DNA of 63,737 nt, filler included, from Octopus bimaculoides (taxonomy: Eukaryota): assembly GCF_001194135.2 (NCBI RefSeq). It is 5 parts of 4 records of this genome, joined end to end, with 100 filler letters (N's around TTAATTAATTAA, not from the genome) between each part and the next. Parts side by side here need not be neighbours in the genome. Positions count along the whole stretch, not along the records: positions 43,156 to 59,823 come from NC_068991.1; positions 59,924 to 63,737 come from NC_068992.1; 3 more parts are not named here. One strand, 5' to 3'. Position 1 is the stretch's first letter; each line of letters opens with the position of its first letter. Shown here in pieces: positions 52,664 to 63,737 of the stretch. Below the pieces are notes generated by a model. It was not told the origin of the DNA and did no database searches. It saw only the letters and a program-made list of their open reading frames with translations. Both the position numbers and the translations under genes were made by a program.

Positions 52664-52871
52664 TTTGTTTCGAATTTTGGCACAAGGCCCGCAATTTCGG
52701 GGGAGGCGGTAAGTCGATTACATCATCCCCGGTGTTCAACTGGTACTTATTTTATCGACTCCAAAAGGATGAAAGGCAAGGTTGGCCTCAGCGGAATTTG
52801 AACGCAGAATATAAAGACACGAAATGTCGCTAAGCATTTTGCCCGGCTAACGATTCTGCTAACTCGCCGCC
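52664..52871 (-). mobile_element. SINE family B copy
   Basis: Reverse complement of family B. Confidence 0.85.
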
Positions 52872-52959
52872 TTAATGTTATGAAATATAAAGATTAATAA
52901 ATGACACGAGTATCCCTGGTCTTGGATATGAGCATATATATCACAACATTTTGTAAGAC

Positions 52960-53890
52960 AAATGTGCATATTTAAAGCTAAATCAACCATTTGCTTATCC
53001 TGTGTATCACATACAATACACAGGACATATTTCTTTGGTGCCTGTGCATCATATATGACACACATTCCCAGTCTTTCTGCTAGAGTAACTTTGAACTTAT
53101 GAAAGGGAAGTTTTATGTGACTCATAACGTACAAAACAAGAGCTAAGAGTTTGGAAACAAGCATGAACGTTTAGAATAAACTTTATCTCTAGGGACATTT
53201 TTGTGATCCCCGTGCATAGATCATTCTGTATACCCAGTCTTCTCAAGCTGCTCGGGGCTGCTCACGGGTCCAGAGACCCATTTCTGATCTAAATGTGCTG
53301 TGGCTTACTGTATAAATAAACATTAAAGGGTGGAAGCGCAATGACCCAGTGGTTAGGGCAGCGGACTCGCGGTCGTGGGATCGCGGTTTCGATTCCCAGA
53401 CCAGGTTGTGAGTGTTTATTGAGCGAAAACACCTAAAGCTCCACGAGGCTCCGGCAGGGAGTGGTGGCGAACCCTGATGTGTTCTTTCACCACAACTTTC
53501 TCTCACTCTTTCTTCCTGTTTCAGTTGTATTTGTATTTCAAAGGGCCAGCCTTGTCACACCCTGTATCACGCTGAATCCCCTGAGAACTACGTTAAGGGT
53601 ACACGTGTCTGTGAAGTGCTCAGCCACTTGCACGTTAATTTAACGAGCAGGCTGTTCTGTTGATTGGATCAACTGGAACCCTCGTCGTCGTAACTGACAG
53701 AATGCCACTACGATGACGAAACATTAAAGTGCCCATGATGCTGTTAAGACGACCCTGTCTATGCCTAACTTCTAAAACCTATTTTCATTGCTGTCTTGGG
53801 TATTTCTTCATTCAGTGTATTAAAAGACCTTTCTATAGGACTCATCAACCTGATGTTAAGTTTTCCCTTCCAGGTGCCCAACAATACTTT
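52960..53890 (-). pseudogene. Possible decayed Tx1/L1-like RT C-terminal remnant, split by the SINE at 53329-53718
   Basis: Frameshifted segments LLGTWKGKLNIRLMSPI, KMSLEIKFILN, MLVSKLLALVLYVMS and LAERLGMCVIY loosely follow the Tx1 order; similarity judged by eye only. Confidence 0.3.
53329..53718 (+). mobile_element. Full-length SINE family C copy with 11 bp target-site duplication
   Basis: AAACATTAAAG at 53318-53328 and 53719-53729. Confidence 0.9.
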
Positions 53891-55527
53891 AAATTTCTGT
53901 CTATCACCATTCCAATTCGATTTCCGCGAGTAATTTTTTTTGTTCTTTTTTTTTTTTCAATTATTTCTAAGTATATTTATCTTGCCATTCTTCTAACTAT
54001 AACCGTGTTTGGGAAGAAATTTCGACACTTTTCTACCACCACCACCACCATAATTATCATCATCGTCATCACATTTATGATTGTTGTGATTGGTGCTGAT
54101 GTTTTACGTTATATCGGCGAAAGAGGATATTCTTGTTTACAAACAATGGTGAGAAAATCGGTAGACCTGTGTAGTAACCTTCAAACAATATCATCTTTGT
54201 TGCAGTTGGTCCGTCCGAGTTGCACCACAGACTATCCCTTGTTACAATCGCCATTGTAAATGTAACTAACCAACTGAGTGACTGGCCCGTTGGAAACGTG
54301 TAACCAAAGATGTTATTGTTCATAAAATGCGATATAAAATAAATAGAAATTAAATGGTACCCTGTGGAACTATATCAACATTACAAATATTTCTTTTAAT
54401 TTAAAATACAATATTTTCTTTAGGCATACCCACACGTCTGTTCCTCTCCTCCCGATTTTGTTTCGTCATAACTTTCTGAAAAATGGATATTTCTATGAAA
54501 TTTTCTACAAATAACTTTCAGATGGGATAGATTACTGGTAAAACACTTGACGCGTAATCACAGAGATGTGAGTTCGAGTTTCATGGCTGGCCGGTAACGT
54601 ATTTTTCTGCAAAATATGGATAATTTTTCCTGATCACGCTATTTATAGCATTATCAGGCGTTTGAGAAATAAATTTATTTCTGTATCTTACAAAAAGAAT
54701 GATTTCTATTCAACTATGTAAAGAAAGAACGGCAATCCTTTGATATTGGTACATGACGTCATTCACCGACACAACCCTCTCTCATTACATAGATAAAGAG
54801 GCTAGGCTGAAAATGAAGGTGCATGACAACGTCTCCTTGGTCTACACATTGTAGACCAATACCGAAGGAACACTAAAAGTACTGTATTTTAAATTGAAAT
54901 AAATAAATAGATATAATGTTAATTTATTTCCTGTGGGTTCCAATAATGGGCGTACCTACACAAGTATGCCTCTTCGCTGATCTTGTTTCCTCATAGCTTT
55001 CAGAAGAATGGATATTTTGTAATGAAATTTTAGTAGCTGTTGGCCGAGAGCTGGATCATTTGGTCTGGCTACGTGCTGCTCCCAGATTAAACCAATCATA
55101 ATATTTAGATTTAAACACGTTTATTTACAGATTGATGTTACATAAGCTGTTTTGCTGAATACCAGTAGCTAGTGTTTGAGAATGTATGCTTGGTGAGAGA
55201 CCATCTTTCTACATGAGGTCGGAACAGCATAGCAACTGGCTAACCAAGACCTATACGAATCCTCTGACTTAATTTTAAAACCATGATTTGGCATGAAACT
55301 GCAAGAGATTTTCCTTTAATCCTTCCACTACACAATTGCGCTAGAACAACGATTGGTTGAAATATGGGCCCCATCACCAGATAAGGATAGTTGTCGCCAA
55401 ATATGGAAATTTGATATGCTGTGGCCCTTTCATGTTACTGAACTGACAGAGTTTCGAATGCTGATTATTGCTACAAAATTTCTACAAATACCTTTCAGAT
55501 GGTGTAGATTGCGATTGTATTGGAATT

Positions 55528-55855
55528 TGGCTGTGTGATAAGAAGCTTGCTTCCCAACCACATGGTTCCGGGTTCAGTCCCACTGCGTAACACCTTGGGC
55601 AAGTGTCTTCTACTACAGCCTCGAGCCAACCAAAGCCTTATGAATGGATTTGGTAGATGGAAACTGAAGGAAGCCCGTCATATATATGTGTGTGTGTGTG
55701 TGTCTCCGTGTCCGTCATCGCTTGACAATCGATGTTGATGTGTTTATGTCCCCGTAACTTAGCTGTTCGGCAAAAGAGACCGATAAAATAAGTACTAGAC
55801 TTACAAAGAATAGGTCCTGGGGTCGATTTCTTCGACTAAAACCCTTTCAGGCGAT
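55528..55855 (+). mobile_element. SINE family A copy ending at gap
   Basis: Similar to 467-860. Confidence 0.85.
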
Positions 55856-56479
55856 NNNNNNNNNNNNNNNNNNNNNNNNNNNNNNNNNNNNNNNNNNNNN
55901 NNNNNNNNNNNNNNNNNNNNNNNNNNNNNNNNNNNNNNNNNNNNNNNNNNNNNNNNNNNNNNNNNNNNNNNNNNNNNNNNNNNNNNNNNNNNNNNNNNNN
56001 NNNNNNNNNNNNNNNNNNNNNNNNNNNNNNNNNNNNNNNNNNNNNNNNNNNNNNNNNNNNNNNNNNNNNNNNNNNNNNNNNNNNNNNNNNNNNNNNNNNN
56101 NNNNNNNNNNNNNNNNNNNNNNNNNNNNNNNNNNNNNNNNNNNNNNNNNNNNNNNNNNNNNNNNNNNNNNNNNNNNNNNNNNNNNNNNNNNNNNNNNNNN
56201 NNNNNNNNNNNNNNNNNNNNNNNNNNNNNNNNNNNNNNNNNNNNNNNNNNNNNNNNNNNNNNNNNNNNNNNNNNNNNNNNNNNNNNNNNNNNNNNNNNNN
56301 NNNNNNNNNNNNNNNNNNNNNNNNNNNNNNNNNNNNNNNNNNNNNNNNNNNNNNNNNNNNNNNNNNNNNNNNNNNNNNNNNNNNNNNNNNNNNNNNNNNN
56401 NNNNNNNNNNNNNNNNNNNNNNNNNNNNNNNNNNNNNNNNNNNNNNNNNNNNNNNNNNNNNNNNNNNNNNNNNNNNNNN

Positions 56480-56788
56480 TGTGAGTGTTTATTGAGCGAA
56501 AACACCTAAAGCTCCACGAGGCTCCGGCAGGGGATGGTGACGAACCCTGCTGTACTCTTTCACCACAACTTTCTCTCATTCATTCTTCCTGTTTCTGTTG
56601 TACTTGTATTTCAAAGGGCCAGCCTTGTCACACTGTGTCACGTTGAATTTCCCCGAGAACTACGTTAAGGGTACACGCGTCTGTGGTGTGCTCAGCCACT
56701 TGTACGTTAATTTCATGAGCAGGCTGTTCCGCCGATCGGATAAACTGGAACCCTCGTCGTCGTAAGCGACGGAGTGCCAACTACAACA
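56480..56788 (+). mobile_element. SINE family C copy, head in gap
   Basis: Similar to 53329-53718. Confidence 0.9.
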
Positions 56789-57868
56789 GTGGCATAGTTA
56801 TATTTAAAGGTTCTTGTTGTAAATATTTTAAAGGATTAGTATTATTTATTTATTTTGCTGGTGTATGTTCGTGTTTCGGTTCAATTAATCCTGAATATAT
56901 GTCGCCGTCGAAAACTGACGTCTGCCTGGCAGTGTGTATTAATGTATGTATGGTACTTTTAAAGATCTATTCAATGGAGAACGCCATCTGGGGCAAGTTT
57001 TCTTTCGAAAGCGTTAAACTGCTAAGTGTTATCTCATTTGACCTGAAACCTCATACTCACACTTCCTTTTACCCCTCTTTCCTTCTCAAATTGAGAATCT
57101 CGTTCTGTTAATATTTGCCATCCCTGTGTTAAGTGCTGTCTCTGTGTAAACGCTTCTACCCATTTCTCTACTGTTGTAGTTTTTTGTTCACCTCTCTAGA
57201 TCAACTTTGAACTCCGTAAGTATTTTAGCCATCACTTTCCTGTCTTTTGTGAGGTGGTTAAGGAGCACTACATCTAAAGAGTCATAGTCTTTACTTTATT
57301 TAAAATATGAGGAGGGTGATGCATGCAGGAAGATTTGGCTGCTATGTCTAGCAGCTCCCTAGACAACCTGCGTTTTTAAACTGGTCGCAGCTCCTGGTTT
57401 TGAGTCATGAATACTTAACGTCTTTACACGCATTTTATTCAAATGACTTCGTTCTGTTGTCCAGAACATAAGGAGAGACTGACAGTCTGCACGAAGTTGT
57501 TGATGAATTTAAAGACGACGACGATGATGGTGTTCCCCTCGTGACCATCCACAGGCATAGTATATCTAGGACTACATTATCTAATGTGTACCCCTCTCCT
57601 TCTCGTCGCCAGTTTTATCAGCTCAAGTTTGTGTGCCCCACGTACAGCTTTTCCAGTACTGTACACAATCCCTGAATAAAATAAAGGATGGTGGATCATT
57701 GTGGATTTCGTCACTGAAGTCCTTCCTGAGTTGTATGTTTTTCCATTCGAGTCAACACAGAATTACAGATAGTATTTATGGAATTTTGATTTACTGTCGG
57801 GTGACTTTTGGCCAACCCTGTATATCCCACCCATGCCAGCATGGAAGGCAGAAGTTAAACGATGATGA

Positions 57869-57901
<33 letters not shown>

Positions 57902-58265
57902 NNNNNNNNNNNNNNNNNNNNNNNNNNNNNNNNNNNNNNNNNNNNNNNNNNNNNNNNNNNNNNNNNNNNNNNNNNNNNNNNNNNNNNNNNNNNNNNNNNN
58001 NNNNNNNNNNNNNNNNNNNNNNNNNNNNNNNNNNNNNNNNNNNNNNNNNNNNNNNNNNNNNNNNNNNNNNNNNNNNNNNNNNNNNNNNNNNNNNNNNNNN
58101 NNNNNNNNNNNNNNNNNNNNNNNNNNNNNNNNNNNNNNNNNNNNNNNNNNNNNNNNNNNNNNNNNNNNNNNNNNNNNNNNNNNNNNNNNNNNNNNNNNNN
58201 NNNNNNNNNNNNNNNNNNNNNNNNNNNNNNNNNNNNNNNNNNNNNNNNNNNNNNNNNNNNNNNNN

Positions 58266-58577
58266 TTGAAGATACTTTATTGCAGCAATAATTATAATAA
58301 CAGAAACAACCACAATAAGCCAAACCTATGCACATTTCAATAGGGTATCCCGGATAAATAAACCACATCATAAGATGTCTCGTAAAATATTGTAACAAAT
58401 TACAACATATTACAAATTTCTGAATACTCCATCTCTTCAGGGTCGCATTATTGCCATCACCGAGACATCTTATGATGTGGTTTATTTATCCGGGATACCC
58501 TATTGAAATGTGCATAGGTTTGGCTTATTGTGGTTGTTTCTGTTATTATAATTGTTGCTGCAATAAAGTATCTTCAA
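58266..58577. repeat. 117 bp-arm inverted repeat (1 mismatch) with a 78 bp spacer, starting at a gap
   Basis: 58266-58382 is the reverse complement of 58461-58577. Confidence 0.9.
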
Positions 58578-58771
58578 TGCATTGATTTTGAGCTCTATCC
58601 TTTAAGAGACATGTATACATATATATATACAAAAACTCAACTGTGAGCTTTTTGCTAAGACTGTTAACAGATACTATATATTTTGTAAAATTTGTTTTAT
58701 AAAAGTATATATTTAATATATATACATATATATATACATATATATGTGTGTGTGTGTAAATATATATATAT

Positions 58772-58915
58772 AATGGGTTTCTTTCAGTTTCTGTCTACAA
58801 GGCTCTGGTCAGCCCAAGTCTATAATAGAAGATATTTGCCCAAGGTGTCACACTTTGGGATTGAACCTGGAACCGTGTGGTTGGGAAACAAACTTCTCAA
58901 CACACCCATGCCTGC
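58772..58915 (-). mobile_element. SINE family A 5' half
   Basis: Reverse complement of the family A head region. Confidence 0.7.
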
Positions 58916-59224
58916 ATAGAAATAAAAAAAAAATCAGTGGTTAAAATAATTGCCAGAGTAGCTATAAATCAATTACTATATTGATCAGTTTGTTATATGG
59001 GTTGGTGGTTACTATGGTGATGATAAAATAATAATAAACCAATTAGAAATACTTTATAATCTTATTCTTTTATTTATTTATTTATAAATTATTTTATTTA
59101 TTTATTATTTTTTTTTTTTTTTGAAAACACAGCATATTGATCAGAATCTTAAGTCACGTTGTACCCAGACAATTGGAATGTGGTGGGTATGCATGTAGGC
59201 ATATATGTGTTGTGTATGTATAAA

Positions 59225-59601
59225 CAGGTTTGAACGTGTGGTAAGAAGCTTGCTTCCCAATCACATGGTTCCAGGTTCAGTCCCACTGTGTGGCACCTTG
59301 GGCAAATGTCTTCTACTACAGCCTTGCACTAACCGAAGCCTTGTGAGTGGATTTCGTAGACAGAAACTGAAAGAAGCCCATCGTATATATGCATCATACA
59401 TAGAGGGGACAAACAAGGACAGATGAAGGGATTAAGTCAATTACATGGACTCCAGTGTGTAACTGGTAATTATTTAATTGACCCCGAAAGGATGAGAGGC
59501 AAAGTCAACATTGGCGGAATTTGAACTCAGAACGTAGCGGCAGACAAAATACCGCTAAGCATTTCGCCCGGCGTGCTAACGATTCTGCCAGCTCGCCGCC
59601 T
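59225..59601. mobile_element. Family A 5' half (+, 59225-59390) fused to a family B copy (-, 59399-59601)
   Basis: Direct similarity to other copies of each family. Confidence 0.8.
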
Positions 59602-59823
59602 ACCTCACACTGCTTCTGACTTACAATTATGTTTAAAATGTTTGTGGAATGCTCAGCCATTTACAATCAATTTAATGATTATTCAAGGGCAGAAGCATTA
59701 AAGTATCAGAATAAAATGCCTTGCAGTATTTCTTCAGGTTCTTTACATTTTTTGGTTCTAAACCCACTGAGGTCAGCCATTGTCTTTCACCCCTCTGAGG
59801 TTGATAAAAAAATGCACAATACA

Positions 59824-59923
59824 NNNNNNNNNNNNNNNNNNNNNNNNNNNNNNNNNNNNNNNNNNNNTTAATTAATTAANNNNNNNNNNNNNNNNNNNNN
59901 NNNNNNNNNNNNNNNNNNNNNNN
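59824..59923. other. Artificial scaffold join (44N-TTAATTAATTAA-44N)
   Basis: Identical cassette to 14071-14170. Confidence 0.95.
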
Positions 59924-59963
<40 letters not shown>

Positions 59964-60699
59964 ATATCTTTATTTCCCTCCCTTTCACATATGAGTGTGT
60001 GGGCGTGTGTGTATTATGCGTATATCAATAGTTAGATAGATATATAGATAGATAGGTAAAGAGAGAGGCAGACAGATAGACAAACAGAGGAACACAGACA
60101 GACAAACAGAATGTTAGACAGATATACACTTACACACAGAGATGTTAACCCGGCAGCAAAGATTCAGTAGTCTCAGGGTCATCAGAGTGCAAGAGTTAGT
60201 AAATATACACGGTGTACAAAAATGTGTTCAGTTTTATCTAAAATGTTAATGCATAGACGCATATATACATCCACACATTCATACACTTATTTCTATGTAT
60301 GTATGTATCTAAAACTCCGCATAAAGCAAATGATACATATGTGTGCGCCTCTGTGTATATATGTGTATGCGTGTGAGTTGCTGCATTTTCTACTGGAAAG
60401 ATCGTACCTCTCATATGCTGTAGTCTATAGACCCATTGTCGCACCATCGAATGGCATATTAAGATGCTAGAGGCATGACTCCACGTCACTTTTCCCTTTC
60501 ATCTGTCGACTCGTCGACAATCGAAACCTCTTCTCCAACATTTAATGCAGCATTATAGACAGAGCTTCTTATTCAACTGGGACACACAATTACGCCAATC
60601 CACCAAACTTCATTATGTTACTATTGCCACTAGATGTATGCTCTCTTTAGGATGGTCACATCCATAGCTGTCTCACTCACAATAGCAGGGTATAAAATC

Positions 60700-61050
60700 C
60701 TGACCACCTGGAAAGACTACAAGCCAACTTTAGTGATCATCCAACCTCACTTGTAACCCAACACTGTAATTTTGCTACTCCCACGTAAGAACTACTGCTG
60801 CTGATGAGTTCATACTCCACTGAGCAATGATAGAACTACAGATCCCGCCCACATCCCACTATAATATGTTCGGTATCGGAGTGAAAGAAATCATACATGT
60901 TATAGTAGCACTGAATACACTATACCACAACCTGCTATCAAAGTGGCTCCAGCAACGTACAACACCTGGACCTATTAATACAGAACAGCTGCTGTCACTT
61001 TCAAAGTGCTTATACAGCCTGACCTGAGGCGACCGACAGGGGTCAAACAA
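60700..61050 (+). pseudogene. Possible highly decayed LINE reverse transcriptase fragment
   Basis: DYKPTLV, VALNTLYHNLLSK and TGVKQ occur in the order and rough spacing of NYRPISL, AAFDT..H.LL and G..QG; frameshifted and weak. Confidence 0.3.
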
Positions 61051-62755
61051 GTAGAAGCCATCTTGAATTTATCTCACTTTACTCAGTTTTCTTATAACTG
61101 ATGAAATGGACATATCTTAGAAGCGCACGAAGATTTAAGGAATATGGAACTGATTTAAGGCATATGGAACTGAGTTAAAATATATGGAACCCCACCAAAT
61201 GTGGTGAGTGCCACTTTCCTTCATTTGTCCAGTCCCTAGTGCACACACAATTTACAAAATACTTATACATGCCTACTTTTATATAATTATGCATATGTAT
61301 CACTGTGTGGGCGCGAGCATTTGTGCATACGTATTTAATCGCATGACGGATTCTCTCTTATCGATTTTTATGCATGAATTTCCCAATGCTCAGTCAGCTA
61401 CCTGATACATGTATCTACGTTGAAGCATGAAACCAGCTTTGCATCAATAATCAAAGCTTTAATCCTCACAAATCACAATAAAATCAAGAAAATGTTGGTG
61501 TTGAGATCGATTTCTCTATTCTCTGTCTTCAGTCGATTTATCTAACGCCAATACTGAAAATCTTTTAGGACCTGGCAACACAATATTTTCCGTATCCATT
61601 TTGCTATCTTGCGACGCTTTACACATTATATTATGGATATCTTTGAATTAGATATATCAGTTCCAGTATGGATTTGTATCCCGAGAGTTATCGCAGCCTT
61701 TCAAGCTTGAAATGCTACGAAATCTCTTACTTGGCAGCATAGAAAAGCGCTGGGTAGGTTTTCGTTACTCGTTCAATTTCTGAGTCCCTTCCAACAAATT
61801 ATAAATAATAAAATGCGCTAGTGCTAGAAAAGCCACATTTCTCGAAAGGAGAGTTACGGCAGGCTTTGTCCGATCAAGGAAACGAACAATGCAGTACAAG
61901 TATGGTTATAAAAATAACTAATCCTTCTATACGCGGGTGACAGGGAATCCTAACCCCAGATCTATTAAACAACTATAGAAGAGTACAGCGCGGTACACAT
62001 TAAATATTATTTTCGAAAGCTTTTCTCCAGTCCCAAGTCCACTCCTGAAATTTACTAGAGTGGTCAGTTGCATTGGATAATCTCTTTATGACCATTCGAG
62101 TATCTGAAGAATATCCAAGTAGTAAAGCAATTTTATTTCTAATTTAGGGATTTTAATTTTATGCGTTTGCTTGGTAAATATAAGCAGGTTGATGGCGTTT
62201 CATCAATGCCTTTCTTTACAGCCGACGTCAGGTTGTCAATTGTTTCCGCTTTCTTTAAGTTTATGGTGTGGTGGAATCTTTCGATCTGTGCAACAAACAT
62301 CGTGCCATTAATTCAGGTTCTTCAAAAAGTATACATTTGTTAGATTAACAATAAACAACATATAAAAGATAAATTTGTACGTGTTGTTTTTGGTGATTTC
62401 TCTTGTACGAAATACAAATCAGACTCACTGGTCAATATCTGTAAAAGTATGGTGAATACTAATTCAGAAATATAAAATAAATAGCATAGGAGGCAATACA
62501 ATGATGATTAATACCATTATATTCTCTACGAGATTCTTATACTTCCCCGCCTGAGATAACTTCCTCAATCATATCACCCCGTAAGGCATTAATAACATTT
62601 AGCATGTTAACCGCTCCTCAAAATCGGTTCATACTATTAATATTATTTATACAGTATAGGTAAACACTCTACCTAGTATAATACTAGCAGGAAAGAAAGA
62701 AAATGCCATAATGTTTATCACAAATTACTTTGTGTACGTTATTTTTAAAGTCAAG

Positions 62756-62911
62756 TTTACATTATTTACATTTGACGTATATTTGTCCTCATCTTGTTTG
62801 TTGTTAACACAATGTTTCGGCTGACATACCCTCCAGCCTTCATCAGATGAAACGTTGTGTTAACAACAAACAAGATGAGGACAAATATCCGCCAATTGTA
62901 AATAATGTAAA
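62756..62911. mobile_element. 63 bp-arm inverted repeat with a hammerhead-like core, likely a Penelope-type terminus relic
   Basis: Arms 62756-62818 and 62849-62911 (4 mismatches); minus strand CTGATGA-A-GGCTG(10 nt)CAGCC-GAAAC. Confidence 0.6.
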
Positions 62912-63271
62912 TAATGTACATAATTCCTCATCTCTTAAATATAGAACGGTATTAAATCAAGTTTTATTGGAAAGTTCGTGGCCACTTTGTCACATATTAA
63001 TTGAAATATTTCTAATCATTTAGAATAGAGTTGTCTTCTTCCTTTTAGATTTCACAGAACTATTGGTTTTGAACTTCATTGTTCTAGACTTGCTGATTAT
63101 TTAACTATTGCTCTAGACTGTCACAAAGTCGTCTTTCTAATTTTGTGAAATCTCAGTGTTTACTCTGAGCTATCAGCACATCACAGCATTTAGATGCAAT
63201 GTGCAGAATATAATTGGTCTAAAAATAGTTAATTTCAAAGATGATGTTGTTGAACAAAGCACAATGCTTAC

Positions 63272-63473
63272 GATGAGGCTACATATGTATTTTTGAAAGG
63301 AAGCAATATATGTTGTTTCTCTTAAGCACATCCGACATTCTTCAACATTTTCTGAAATATATACATTTGTCAGTGTTATGAAGGGCTCACTTTTGCTGTC
63401 CTTAGCCTGGAGTGTCTTGACATTTATACATTTAGGAACTTTGACTTTTTGATTTCGCTGTTTTCTCAAAGCA
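63272..63473 (-). CDS. Candidate internal coding exon of an unidentified gene
   Basis: TATTTTTCAG acceptor, GTAAGC donor, stop-free frame ALRKQRNQK...ENVEECRMCLRETTYIASFQKYICSLI; no homology recognised. Confidence 0.25.
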
Positions 63474-63699
63474 CTGAAAAATAGTTTGCTGTGAAGTTAC
63501 AAAGAACGGTCTAACAACCAACCAAATGTATGGAATACAAGTGAAATAAAAAAAATTATTTTATCCGTTTTCGATTGACAGAATACGTAAATCTCTATTT
63601 ATGCACCTGTCTGTCTGTCTGCCTGTCTGCATGCCTTTCTCTCTGTCGGTTTGTCTAGCTATCAATCCCTCTCTTTCTTTAATTTTCACTCACTCTCCG

Positions 63700-63737
<38 letters not shown>

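Noticed and set aside
50861-53718. tRNA-like sequences with A and B boxes
   Set aside because: They are SINE heads continuing into shared bodies and do not complete a cloverleaf acceptor stem; not tRNA genes.
57200-57215. Possible 16 nt micro-exon (polypyrimidine-TAG ... GTAAGT)
   Set aside because: About one such coincidence is expected in a window this size, and there is no host gene to anchor it.
61132-61190. Three ~20 bp tandem units (GATTTAAGGAATATGGAACT-like)
   Set aside because: Ordinary short tandem duplication without further structure; the same applies to 37934-37997.

Overview
AT-rich, microsatellite-dense eukaryotic genomic DNA from a gapped draft assembly. The repeat content looks like octopus (inference from recognising the repeats, not from a database search). 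There is no complete protein-coding gene, rRNA, bona fide tRNA or CRISPR array, and most supplied ORFs are artefacts of microsatellites or N-runs. The window is dominated by three tRNA-headed SINE-like families (here called A, B and C/C') with many copies on both strands, several with clear target-site duplications. It also holds relics of Penelope-like, R4/Dong-like (RLE), CR1/L2-like, RTE and possibly Tx1-like retroelements, and of mariner, Tigger/pogo, hAT, piggyBac-like and Helitron-like DNA elements. The most interesting signals are (1) several hammerhead-ribozyme-like cores, one next to a Penelope-like ORF relic and two inside long inverted repeats, (2) a 5'-truncated RLE-type LINE sitting inside a (CATA)n microsatellite, plus a second element inside (TAA)n, and (3) a SINE with twin-priming-like inversion geometry. 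Four identical 44N-TTAATTAATTAA-44N blocks are artificial scaffold joins, so adjacency across them is not sequence-supported. None of these amounts to a proven new system; they are candidates needing the checks listed.
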